A stretch of 64,000 nt of DNA from an uncultured Solirubrobacteraceae bacterium (lineage in GTDB: Bacteria > Actinomycetota > Thermoleophilia > Solirubrobacterales > Solirubrobacteraceae), in assembly GCA_964588985.1 (NCBI GenBank), contig CAZPQW010000009.1, positions 32,001 through 96,000 on the forward strand. Direction: 5' to 3'. Each line of letters starts with the position of its first letter. Position 1 is the first letter of the stretch. This document shows, piece by piece, positions 9,953 through 20,183 of this stretch. Both the position numbers and the translations under genes were made by a program. The notes below the pieces were generated by a model that saw nothing but the letters and a program-made list of their open reading frames with translations, ran no database searches and was not told where the DNA came from.

Positions 9953-10033
9953 GCCCGAGAGTCTACCCAGCGGCCGGGCGATCGCCCGATGCGCCACGCG
10001 ACCACACACGCCGCGCTCGATAGCCTGTGGATC

Positions 10034-10234
10034 GTGAGCGATCCCACCCAGGCCGCGTCCAAGGCCACCCAGCGCCTCGTGTTGGCCGCCCTGATCCTGC
10101 TCTACGTCGTGTACGTGATCGTGGCGGGAGCCGGAGGCCTGCTCGTGCTCCCAGTCGGGGCGTTCCTGCTGCTCGCCGCCGGCTATCTCGTCTACGGGTG
10201 GTGGTCCGCCCGCGCCGAGAAGCCGGCCGGCTAG
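10034..10234 (+). CDS. Small two-TM membrane protein
   Basis: GTG after TAGCCT -10-like box; 66 aa with two hydrophobic stretches. Confidence 0.6.
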   Translation: MSDPTQAASKATQRLVLAALILLYVVYVIVAGAGGLLVLPVGAFLLLAAGYLVYGWWSARAEKPAG

Positions 10235-10258
10235 AGCCGAACCGAGATCCTCTGCCGT

Positions 10259-10771
10259 TCAGTGCGAGCTGGCGCTGAACTGGATCGTGCCCGGCCCGCA
10301 GCTCGATGTGAACGTCCCGGTGACCTTTTGCGAGAACGTGATCGATCCCGTGGCGGCCTTCCGGCCCGTGAAGCGACCGCTCACCGCGATCGTCGTCGTC
10401 GTGGTCTGCCCGGCGACCGTGTAGTGGGACTTGGCCCCGGAGACCGAGAAGCGACCGGAAGCGGACACCTTGACGCTACTCACGTGAAGGATCGAGGAGC
10501 CTGTGTAGGGGTTCACGCCAGGCCGAAAGCCGCCCGCGCCGAAGCAGCCGAAGGTGCCGAAGCTGAAGCCCTTCAGCGAGCGCCCGTCCTGTGAGACCGT
10601 GAACTTGACCGGCGCGTAGAAGCCCAGGACCGGCGAGGCGCTCGTGCGGCCGGTGAAGTGCGCTCCATGCGCCGGCTTCACAGCGAGTGCGACCGCCGCG
10701 AAGGCGATCGCGCAGGCGATCGCGGTCAACGACCCAAAGACAATGCGGCGGACAGCAGCAGCGCGTTTCAT
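10259..10771 (-). CDS. Secreted hypothetical protein
   Basis: Signal peptide (MKRAAAVRR + hydrophobic + ALA); beta-rich mature part; GGGAG RBS. Confidence 0.75.
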   Translation of the reverse strand: MKRAAAVRRIVFGSLTAIACAIAFAAVALAVKPAHGAHFTGRTSASPVLGFYAPVKFTVSQDGRSLKGFSFGTFGCFGAGGFRPGVNPYTGSSILHVSSVKVSASGRFSVSGAKSHYTVAGQTTTTTIAVSGRFTGRKAATGSITFSQKVTGTFTSSCGPGTIQFSASSH

Positions 10772-10882
10772 GCGATCTCCCTAACTTGAAGTCAAGATGC
10801 CAGAAGATACCCAACCGGCAAGACCGCGTGACGACCGGGGCGATGTCGTTCCTCCCCAACCCAACGCCCCAGCCAAAGCGGA

Positions 10883-10939
10883 GTCTCGAGATCAGGCTCT
10901 CGCCCGCAGCGAAGCTGCCGCGAGAGATGAGCTCGAGAC
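10883..10939. repeat. Long imperfect hairpin downstream of rpiR (terminator or REP-like)
   Basis: GTCTCGAG/CTCGAGAC, CTCTCG/CGAGAG, GCAGC-GAA-GCTGC nested stems. Confidence 0.55.
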
Positions 10940-10953
10940 GGAGCGCCTAGCGC

Positions 10954-11844
10954 CTACTTCAAGCGGAACGCCTTGATCCGGTCGTCGTACTGCGCGGTGT
11001 CCTGCGCGTACACGCCGTAGGCGAGTGCCTGGATGATGCTCAGCAGCGCGGTGTGCGAGCGCACGTACGCGGGGCTGTTGGACGAGTAGTAGAGCTTGAT
11101 CTGCGCGAGCTTCGCGACCTCGGAGAGCGTCGCGTCGGTGATCGCGGCGGTGTGCGCCTGACGGTGGCGCGCGAGCTTCATCGCGCGCACCACGAGCGGG
11201 TGCGGGCGCCCGGCGGAGAGCCCGATGACGAGCGTGCCGGGGTCGATGCGCCCGAGGCGGCTGAGCGCCTCCTGGGATGGGCTCGCGACGACGTCGACGC
11301 GCAGGTCGAGGAGCATCAGCAGGTGGCGCAGGTAGCTGGCGAAGAACGCCATCTGGTCGGTGCCCGCGACGAGCACCTTCTCCGCGCTGACGATCGCCTC
11401 GATGAGCGCGTCGACGGAGCTGCGGGAAACCTTGCGCGCGGTCTCCTCCACGTTCAGGTGGTCGGCCGCGAGCGCGGCCTCGAACTCGTTCTGGTCGAGT
11501 GAGAACAGCGGTGCCGAAGAAGACGATGTGCTCTCCTGCGCGGCCTTCGCGTTCACGCGCCGGTATTCCTCGCGCGCCGCGGCCTGCAGCTCGGGGAAGC
11601 CCTCGAAGCCGAGCGCCTGCGAGAAGCGCACCACGGTCGAGCTGGAGGTGTTCGCGCGACGGGCGAGCTCCTCCGCGGTCTGGAACGCGGCCTCGTCCAA
11701 ATGGTCGACGATGTACTGCGCGACGTCCTTCTGCGAGCGCGAGCACTCGTCGAATCGCGCCTGGATGTACTTGGAGAGACTCTGGTGCTCGCTGGTCCCG
11801 TTTGCGGGCGGACGCTCTGGTGTCTTGGTGGCAGCTCTCTTCAT
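10954..11844 (-). CDS. MurR/RpiR family transcriptional regulator (HTH + SIS)
   Basis: TAEELARRANTSSSTVVRFSQALGFEGFPEL HTH; SIS domain ITD motif. Confidence 0.93.
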   Translation of the reverse strand: MKRAATKTPERPPANGTSEHQSLSKYIQARFDECSRSQKDVAQYIVDHLDEAAFQTAEELARRANTSSSTVVRFSQALGFEGFPELQAAAREEYRRVNAKAAQESTSSSSAPLFSLDQNEFEAALAADHLNVEETARKVSRSSVDALIEAIVSAEKVLVAGTDQMAFFASYLRHLLMLLDLRVDVVASPSQEALSRLGRIDPGTLVIGLSAGRPHPLVVRAMKLARHRQAHTAAITDATLSEVAKLAQIKLYYSSNSPAYVRSHTALLSIIQALAYGVYAQDTAQYDDRIKAFRLK

Positions 11845-11977
11845 CGGCGGTTCTGTTCGACGTGTGCACATCGCACTCCTCCCCATCAAACGTCCAGCTC
11901 GCACAAATTGATCTGCGCGCACATACCGTGCGTACCTAAGCTCAGAGGATGTTCACCGCCACGAAAACCGCCCGCAC

Positions 11978-13234
11978 ATGAGAATCGCGATCGTCGGCGC
12001 GGGCGTCTCCGGGCTGGTGGCGGCGCACCTGCTGCACCGCGAGCATGAGATCGTCGTGTACGAGGCGGGCGCCTACGCGGGCGGGCACACGAACACGATC
12101 CGCGTCGACACCGCCGACGAGACACACCACGTGGACACGGGGTTCATCGTGATGAACGACCGCAACTACCCCAACTTCACCCGGCTGCTCGATCGACTCG
12201 GCGTGGCCACCCAGTCGACGCACATGAGCTTCTCGGTGAAGGGCGAGGAGGAGGACTTCGAGTACTGCGGCACGCCGCGCGGACTGTTCTGCCAGCCGCG
12301 CAACCTCGCGAGCGTGCGCTTCCAGCGGATGATCCTCGACCTGCTGCGCTTCAACCGCGAGCTGCGCCGCCTGCTCACACAAACCGAGGATGAGCGCGCC
12401 GTCGAGGAGTCGCTCGGGAGCTTCCTAGACCGCCACCGCTTCTCGCGCACGTTCGTAGAGCGGCTGATCGTGCCGCAGGCCTCCGCGGTGTGGTCCGCGG
12501 ACCCGCGCCAGATGCGAACGTTCCCGGTGCGCTTCCTCGCGGAGTTCTTCGCCAACCACGGCATGCTCGGCTTCCGCGACCGGCCGGACTGGTCGACCGT
12601 CGCGGGCGGCTCGGCGCGCTACGTCGACGCTCTCACCGCACCCTTCCTCGACGGCATCCGCCTGAGCACGCCGGTGCGCACGATCGCGCGCCACGCCGAG
12701 CACGTGGAGGTGAGTGCGACGGGCGGAGAGCCGGAGCGCTTCGACCACGTGATCGTGGCGACCCACTCCGACCAGGCGCTCGCGATGCTGAGCGACCCGA
12801 GCGCGGGCGAGGCCGACACACTCGGCGCGATTCCCTATCAGCGCAACGAGGCGGTTCTTCACACGGACAGCTCGCTGCTGCCGCGCAGGCGCGCGGCGCG
12901 CGCGGCGTGGAACTTTCACCTGCTGCGCGAGCCCAAGCCGCTCAGCACCGTCACCTATTACATGAACCACCTGCAGCAGCTGCGCGCGGACCGCGACTTC
13001 TGCGTGACGCTCAACCGCACCGAGGCGATCGACCCTGCGAAGATCATCCGCACGATCTCCTACTCCCACCCCGTGTTCACCCCCGCTGGAGTCGCCGCCC
13101 AGGCGCGGCACGCGGAGATCGGCGGCCTCGCGACCCGTACGCACTACTGCGGCGCGTACTGGGGCTGGGGATTTCACGAGGACGGCGTGCGCAGCGCCCT
13201 GCGTGCGTGCGAGCCTTTCGGGGTGTCGCTGTGA
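11978..13234 (+). CDS. FAD-dependent oxidoreductase (cfa-associated amine oxidase family)
   Basis: IVGAGVSGL, GGHTNT, VDTGFIVMNDRNYPNF, GAYWGWGFHEDG. Confidence 0.92.
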   Translation: MRIAIVGAGVSGLVAAHLLHREHEIVVYEAGAYAGGHTNTIRVDTADETHHVDTGFIVMNDRNYPNFTRLLDRLGVATQSTHMSFSVKGEEEDFEYCGTPRGLFCQPRNLASVRFQRMILDLLRFNRELRRLLTQTEDERAVEESLGSFLDRHRFSRTFVERLIVPQASAVWSADPRQMRTFPVRFLAEFFANHGMLGFRDRPDWSTVAGGSARYVDALTAPFLDGIRLSTPVRTIARHAEHVEVSATGGEPERFDHVIVATHSDQALAMLSDPSAGEADTLGAIPYQRNEAVLHTDSSLLPRRRAARAAWNFHLLREPKPLSTVTYYMNHLQQLRADRDFCVTLNRTEAIDPAKIIRTISYSHPVFTPAGVAAQARHAEIGGLATRTHYCGAYWGWGFHEDGVRSALRACEPFGVSL

Positions 13235-14004
13235 ACAGCTGCCTGTACGAGGGGTCGATCCGTCACCGCCGCCACCGTGAGGTGGACGACGAGTTCCGCC
13301 ACCGGCTGTTCATGGTGTACCTCGACCTCGACGAGTTGCCGCAACTGTTCGACGGGCGCTGGCTGTGGTCAGCGCGCCGTCCCGCGGTTGCGTGGTTTCG
13401 CCGCCGCGACCACCTCGGCGATCCGCACGTGCCGTTGGCGGATGAGGTGCGCGCACTGGTGCTGGAGCGGACGGGCGTGCGCCCCGACGGCCCGATCCGT
13501 CTGCTTACGCACCTGCGCTACTTCGGTCACTGCTTCAACCCCGTGAGCTTCTACTACTGCCACGAGCGCTCGGGCGGGCGCGTGAGCGCGGTCGTGGCGC
13601 ACGTCACCAACACGCCGTGGGGCGAGAGCCACTCCTACGTGATGCCCGTGGCGGACACTGCCGACCATGGCAGCGTCGCGCTGATCCAGGGACGGGTGGA
13701 GAAGGAGCTGCACGTATCCCCACTGATGGGCATGGAGCACGTGTACGACTGGCGCCTGACGGAGCCCGGCGAGCGTCTGTCTGTGCACATCGAGTCGCTC
13801 GATCCGGACGGGCAGAGCGTGTTCGACGCGACGCTCGCGCTGCGCCGCCGCGATATCACCCAGCGCTCGCTCGCCGGCGCGCTCGCCCGCGACCCGTTCC
13901 TCACGGCGCGGATCGTCGCGCGGATCTACGCCCACGCGCTGCGGCTGCGTTTGCGCGGCGCGAGCTACTTCCCGCACCCCAGCCGAGGAGCGGCGACGAC
14001 GTGA
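13231..14004 (+). CDS. DUF1365 family protein
   Basis: LYEGSIRHRR, FNPVSFYYC, VTNTPWGE, KELHVSP; GTG overlaps upstream stop. Confidence 0.92.
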   Translation: MNSCLYEGSIRHRRHREVDDEFRHRLFMVYLDLDELPQLFDGRWLWSARRPAVAWFRRRDHLGDPHVPLADEVRALVLERTGVRPDGPIRLLTHLRYFGHCFNPVSFYYCHERSGGRVSAVVAHVTNTPWGESHSYVMPVADTADHGSVALIQGRVEKELHVSPLMGMEHVYDWRLTEPGERLSVHIESLDPDGQSVFDATLALRRRDITQRSLAGALARDPFLTARIVARIYAHALRLRLRGASYFPHPSRGAATT

Positions 14005-15244
14005 CCGCCCGCATTGGGAGACTCGCGGACCGCATGGCCCGCCGGGTGGTGCTGCGGATGCTGCGCCGCGTCCGTCGCGGGCGACTGGAGATCTGCGAGG
14101 ACGATCAGCGGCTGGAGTTCGGCGAGTCCGCCGGCGAGGGCGTGCCGCACGCGCTCATACACGTGCGCTCCGCTCGCTTCTACCGCGACCTGCTGCGCGG
14201 CAGCGTGGGGCTGTGCGAGTCCTACGTGGACGGTCTGTGGGAGTGCGACGACCTCGTCGCGCTCACGCGCATCGCCGCGCTCAACGTCGGCGGCCTGGAC
14301 CGCCTGCGCCGGGTGCTCACCCCGGTGCTGATCCCCGTGCAGCGCTGGGCGCGGTGGCTCGCGCGCAACACGCCGCACCGCTCGCGCAAGCGCATCGCGG
14401 CGCACTACGACCTCGGCAACGAGATGTTCTCGCTGTTCCTCGACCCCACGATGATGTACTCGTGCGCGGTGTTCGAGGAGCCCGGCGCGACACTCGAAGA
14501 GGCGTCGCTCGCGAAGCTCCAGCGAGTGTGCGCGAAGCTGGATCTCGGACCCGAGGACCACGTGCTGGAGATCGGCACCGGTTGGGGCGGCTTCGCCGTT
14601 TACGCGGCAGAGCGCTACGGCTGCCGGGTGACGACCACGACGATCTCGCGCGAACAGCACGACTACGCCCAGCAGCGGGTCCGGGCCGCGGGCCTGGAGG
14701 ACCGCGTGACGGTGCTGCTGCAGGACTACCGGGAGCTGGAGGGCCGCTACGACAAGCTCGTGTCGATCGAGATGATCGAGGCGGTCGGCTGGCAGTACTT
14801 CCCCACGTTCTTCCGCCGCTGCTCGGATCTCCTGAAGGACGACGGCGCGATGTTGCTGCAGGCGATCGTGATCGAGGACAGCGCGTATGAGGTGGAGAAG
14901 GCCGGCAGGAGCTTCATCAACACGTACATCTTCCCCGGCGGCTGTCTCCCCTCGCTCGACGTGATCTCGCGCACGCTCGCCCGCGCGGGCGATCTGCGAC
15001 AGGTGCACTTGGAGGACATCACCGCGCACTACGCCACCACGCTCGCGCACTGGCGCGAGCGCTTCCTCGCGAGCGCCGAGCGCGTGGCGGAGCTGGGATA
15101 CGACGAGCGCTTCCGCAGACTGTGGGAGCTGTACCTGAGCTACTGCGAGGGCGGCTTTCGCGAGCGGCGCATCCAGGACGTGCAGCTCCTGCTGGCCAAG
15201 CCCGGCCACCACGCCGAGCCAGCGCCGGTAGTGTCCATCGCCGC

Positions 15245-15248
<4 letters not shown>
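14001..15248 (+). CDS. cfa: Cyclopropane-fatty-acyl-phospholipid synthase family SAM methyltransferase
   Basis: IAAHYDLGN, MMYSCA, LEIGTGWG, SIEMIEAVG, YIFPGG, YCEGGF. Confidence 0.93.
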
Positions 15249-16402
<1,154 letters not shown>

Positions 16403-16442
16403 GGGTCGGCGACGAGTGGGTTGAGAGCCGCATAGCCCATGA

Positions 16443-16468
16443 AAAGAGCGGGTCGCTGCCCGCTCTTT
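16443..16468. terminator. Bidirectional intrinsic terminator
   Basis: AAAGAGCGGG-TCGCTG-CCCGCTCTTT perfect 10-bp stem with A/T tails, 40 nt after the acyl-CoA dehydrogenase stop. Confidence 0.8.
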
Positions 16469-16623
16469 GTGATGACCGATGTTGGGTTGAGTTCTCCCCC
16501 AGTTTTCTAGACGAGCCCATCTTGACGTAGTGCGTGCCACCAAGATGAACGGCCCCGGCGGTTTGCAGCCCCCTTAGCTGCGTATTGGGTCTGGGCAATA
16601 TTTGGGGAGGCATCCGACAAAGC

Positions 16624-16791
16624 TCAGCTTCGGCCTTTGCTTCTCTTTACTCGGATGCTCGGGGGTAGGAGTTTCACCTCAATCTCGAAGCCCACGCCTA
16701 ACGGCACTTCACGCACGAGCACGCGATAGGCCACAAGGGCTGCGACGAGGAGGCTAACCTGCACCACGACCACGGTCGCGATGAAGGCCAT
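16624..16791 (-). CDS. Small single-TM protein (55 aa) with basic tail
   Basis: Manual translation MAFIATVVVVQVSLLVAALVAYRVLVREVPLGVGFEIEVKLLPPSIRVKRSKGRS*; below ORF-track cutoff. Confidence 0.55.
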   Translation of the reverse strand: MAFIATVVVVQVSLLVAALVAYRVLVREVPLGVGFEIEVKLLPPSIRVKRSKGRS

Positions 16792-16794
16792 TAG

Positions 16795-16839
16795 CTAACC
16801 CCATACCCGATGATTCCCTGTTTTTGGCACCTGCCTCAT
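16795..16839 (-). CDS. Putative 14-aa leader peptide/uORF
   Basis: AGGAGAG RBS, then MRQVPKTGNHRVWG*; stop is 3 nt before the ATG of the 55-aa ORF. Confidence 0.4.
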   Translation of the reverse strand: MRQVPKTGNHRVWG

Positions 16840-16920
16840 GTCGTTTCACTCTCCTATCTCGGTCCGGTTGACCAAGCATCAGCCGTTGCCCCGGCTGACC
16901 ATCCTGTTTGTCCGAACAGT

Positions 16921-16949
16921 CTTATAGTCGAGAACATCGTTGACCGCAA
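16921..16949 (-). promoter_or_regulatory. Putative sigma70-type promoter
   Basis: Minus strand TTGCGG-N17-TATAAG. Confidence 0.45.
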
Positions 16950-17080
16950 GGAGCTTTAACGCGGTCTTCACATATGCCCCCTGTGACAACCGCCCGTTTA
17001 CAGCTTTCCCGCAAATTGCGACCAAGCCCGGCCTGGGCGATGTATTACGATCTGTTCACGAGCAACTGGCGGATGACCGC

Positions 17081-19084
17081 TCAGCCCGCCTTAGCCATCT
17101 CCACGAAGTAATCCAACGACCGCGGGTTAGCCAGCGACTCGACGCTCGCCGCCTGCTCCGGCGGGGTCCCCATCAGGATCCGCTTCACCGGCACCTCCAG
17201 CACCTTCCCCGACAGCGTCCGCGGGACCTCCGCAATCTGACGAATCTCGTTGGGCACGTGGCGCGGTGAGCAGTCCTCGCGGATGCGCTTCTTGATCTGC
17301 GCGGTCAGCTCGTCTGTCAGCTCGACACCCGGCGCGAGCACCGCGAACAGCACCATCCACAGCTCGCCGTCGGGCTTCGGCACGTCCACCACGAGCGTGT
17401 CGAGCACGCCCGGCACCGCGTGCGCCGCGCGGTAGATCTCGCTCGTTCCCATCCGCACGCCCTGACGGTTGATCGTCGAGTCCGAGCGGCCGTAGATCAC
17501 CGCGCCGCCGCGCGGGGTGATGCGGATCCAGTCGCCGTGGCGCCACACCCCCGGGTACATCTCGAAGTAGCTCTCCCGCAGCCGCTGGCCGGTCTCGTCG
17601 CCCCACAGGAACAGCGGCATCGACGGCATCGGCTCGGTGATCACCAGCTCCCCCACCTCGTCCGCCACGCTGTTTCCCTGTTCGTCCCACGCCTCCACCG
17701 CGCAGCCCAGCGCCCTGCACTGCAGTTCGCCTTCGTAAACCGGCAGCAGCGGGCAGCCCGCAACGAACGCCGTGCACACGTCCGTGCCGCCGCTCGTCGA
17801 GAACAGCCACATGTCCGAGCCCACCGCCTCGTAGATCCAACGGAAGCTCTCCGGCGAGAGCGGCGAGCCAGTCGAGCCGATCGCCCTCAGCGCGCTCAGG
17901 TCGAAGTCGCGCGCCGGGTGAACGTCCCCCTTCTCGCAGCTCGCCAACAACCCAGCGCTCACGCCCATGCACGTGATCCGCGCGCGCTCCGCGAGACTCC
18001 ACAGGCAGTTCAGATCCGGATGCGCGGGGCTGCCGTCATAGAGAACGATGGCCGCTTCGCTGTGCAGGCACCCCACGAGGAAGTTCCACATCATCCAGCC
18101 CGTCGTCGTGAACCAGAACATCCGGTCGCCCGCTCGCAGATCCAGGTGCAGGCGCTTCTTCAGTTGCTCCACCAGGATCCCGCCCTGGCTCTGCACGATC
18201 GCCTTCGGCAGCCCCGTAGTGCCCGACGAGTAAAGGACCCACAGCGGGTGGTCGAACGGCACCTGCTCGAAACGCAGCTCCGAGCCAGCGCCCTTGGCCA
18301 GCAACTCATCCCATGTGAGGGCGCTACGCACGCCCGACAACTCAAAATCCTTGCCCGCCATGTAGCCCAGCACCACCGTGTGCTCCACAGTCGGCAGCTC
18401 CTCCAGGATCCCCTCCACCACCGCCGTGCGATCGAAGTCCTTGCCGCCGTGGCGGTATCCGTCCACCGCCAGCAGCACCTTCGGCTCGATCTGCGCGAAG
18501 CGGTCGATCACGCTCCGCGCGCCGAACTCGGGCGCCGCGCTCGACCAGATCGCGCCGATCGACGCCACCGCCAGGAACGCCACGAGCGTCTCCGGGATGT
18601 TCGGCATGTAAGCCACCACGCGGTCGCCGCGCTCCACCCCCAGCGCCCGCAGGCCGCCCGCCGCCGCCGCAACCTGCGCCGTCAGCTCCCCCCACGTGAT
18701 CTCGCCGAGGTCGCGCAGCTCCGAGGTGTGCAGCACCGCCACGGAATCAGGATCCCGCCCACCCCGCCCGTCTGAGCTAACCGGGCCGAGCAGCAGGTTC
18801 TCGGCGTAGTTCAGCTCCGCCCCCTCGAACCAGCGCGCGCCCGGCATCTCGTGCGAGCCGAGAACCCGGTCGTAGGGCTTCGACGCGCGCACGCCGCAGA
18901 ACTCCCAGATGTTGGCCCAGAACACCTCCAGCTCGTCCACCGACCAGCGCCACAGCTCGTCGTAGTCGGAGAACTCGCGGCCGTGGCGCTCGCCCGCCCA
19001 GCGCATGAAGCGCCACATCTCCGTGCGCTCGCGCTCCTCCTCGGTGGGCTGCCACAACGGCTGCTGCTGGCCGTCGCTGGTCAT
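17081..19084 (-). CDS. Acetoacetate--CoA ligase
   Basis: WFEGAELNYAEN, YSSGTTGLPK, TTTGWMMWN, SGGTDVC, WRHGDW, GVRMGTSEIY; start ATG 19084. Confidence 0.95.
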   Translation of the reverse strand: MTSDGQQQPLWQPTEEERERTEMWRFMRWAGERHGREFSDYDELWRWSVDELEVFWANIWEFCGVRASKPYDRVLGSHEMPGARWFEGAELNYAENLLLGPVSSDGRGGRDPDSVAVLHTSELRDLGEITWGELTAQVAAAAGGLRALGVERGDRVVAYMPNIPETLVAFLAVASIGAIWSSAAPEFGARSVIDRFAQIEPKVLLAVDGYRHGGKDFDRTAVVEGILEELPTVEHTVVLGYMAGKDFELSGVRSALTWDELLAKGAGSELRFEQVPFDHPLWVLYSSGTTGLPKAIVQSQGGILVEQLKKRLHLDLRAGDRMFWFTTTGWMMWNFLVGCLHSEAAIVLYDGSPAHPDLNCLWSLAERARITCMGVSAGLLASCEKGDVHPARDFDLSALRAIGSTGSPLSPESFRWIYEAVGSDMWLFSTSGGTDVCTAFVAGCPLLPVYEGELQCRALGCAVEAWDEQGNSVADEVGELVITEPMPSMPLFLWGDETGQRLRESYFEMYPGVWRHGDWIRITPRGGAVIYGRSDSTINRQGVRMGTSEIYRAAHAVPGVLDTLVVDVPKPDGELWMVLFAVLAPGVELTDELTAQIKKRIREDCSPRHVPNEIRQIAEVPRTLSGKVLEVPVKRILMGTPPEQAASVESLANPRSLDYFVEMAKAG

Positions 19085-19103
19085 GCGGGTATTCTCGCGG
19101 TTT

Positions 19104-20183
19104 GTGAGCCTCACCGCGCTGCGAGCCGAGTTTCCCGTGCTGGAGCGGCTCGCGTATCTCAACGCCGGCACCGACGGGCCGCTCTCCGCACGCGCCGTCG
19201 CCGCCGCACGCGAGGAGATGGAGCGAGAGCTAGCCGGCGGACGCACCCAGGCGCACTTCGCGCGGCGCACCGAGCTGAACGACGCCCTGCGCGTGTCCTA
19301 CGCCGCCGTCCTCGGCTGCTCGACCGAGGATGTCGCGCTCACCACGTGCACAACCGAAGGGATCGCTCAGGTGATCGACGGCCTGCGTCTCGGCCGCGGC
19401 GATGAGATCCTCACCAGCGACGAGGAGCATCCCGGCCTGCTCGGAGCGCTCGGCGCCGCCCGCCAGCTGCACGGCGTCGAGGTTCGCGAAGTCCCATTCG
19501 ACGATCTCGCGAGCGGGGTCGGCGCGAACACGCAGCTCGTCGCGTGCTCGCACGTCAGCTGGATGACCGGCAAGCTCGCTCCCGCGGAGCTCGGCGAGTT
19601 GGAGGTCCCCGTGCTGCTCGACGGCGCCCAGGGCGTAGGCGCCGTCCCCACCGACGCGCTCGCCCTTCGCTGCGCCGCGTACGCCGGCGCTGGGCAGAAG
19701 TGGCTCTGCGGACCCGACGGCACCGGCATGCTCTACCTCACCGCCGAGCTGCGCGAGCGCCTCGCCGTCACCCGTCGCGGCTACCCCAACCTCGCCGACC
19801 CGATGGCCGGTCTCGACGCGCACGTCCATGAGGACGCGCGGCGCTTCGACGCGCCCTCGCTCTCCGCCGAGGCCGTCGCGTGCGCGCTCGCCGGCATCCG
19901 CGTGCTGGAGGAAGCCGGCTGGGACGCCGTGCACGAGCGCTCCCGCGCGCTCGCCGCCACGCTCGCCGAGCGTTTGGCCGAGCTGGGGTGCGAGCCCACA
20001 CCGCGCGGGCCGAGCACGCTCGTGTCCTTCCCCAGCGCCGACCCCGAAGCCGAGCGCGACGCCCTCGCCGCCGCCGGCGTGATGGTGCGCAACATCCCCG
20101 AGCGTCCCTGGCTGCGAGCGTCCGTCGGGGCGTGGAACGACGAGGGCGACCTCGATCGGCTGCTCAGCGCGCTGCGCGGATGA
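19104..20183 (+). CDS. Aminotransferase class V PLP enzyme (cysteine lyase/desulfurase-like)
   Basis: AYLNAGTDGP, EEHP, SHVSW, LDGAQ, GQKWLCGP. Confidence 0.9.
   Translation: MSLTALRAEFPVLERLAYLNAGTDGPLSARAVAAAREEMERELAGGRTQAHFARRTELNDALRVSYAAVLGCSTEDVALTTCTTEGIAQVIDGLRLGRGDEILTSDEEHPGLLGALGAARQLHGVEVREVPFDDLASGVGANTQLVACSHVSWMTGKLAPAELGELEVPVLLDGAQGVGAVPTDALALRCAAYAGAGQKWLCGPDGTGMLYLTAELRERLAVTRRGYPNLADPMAGLDAHVHEDARRFDAPSLSAEAVACALAGIRVLEEAGWDAVHERSRALAATLAERLAELGCEPTPRGPSTLVSFPSADPEAERDALAAAGVMVRNIPERPWLRASVGAWNDEGDLDRLLSALRG

Noticed and set aside
16940-17269. 109-aa plus-strand ORF in the 16.4-17.1 kb gap
   Set aside because: TTG start, runs antisense into the acetoacetate-CoA ligase gene, no recognisable features
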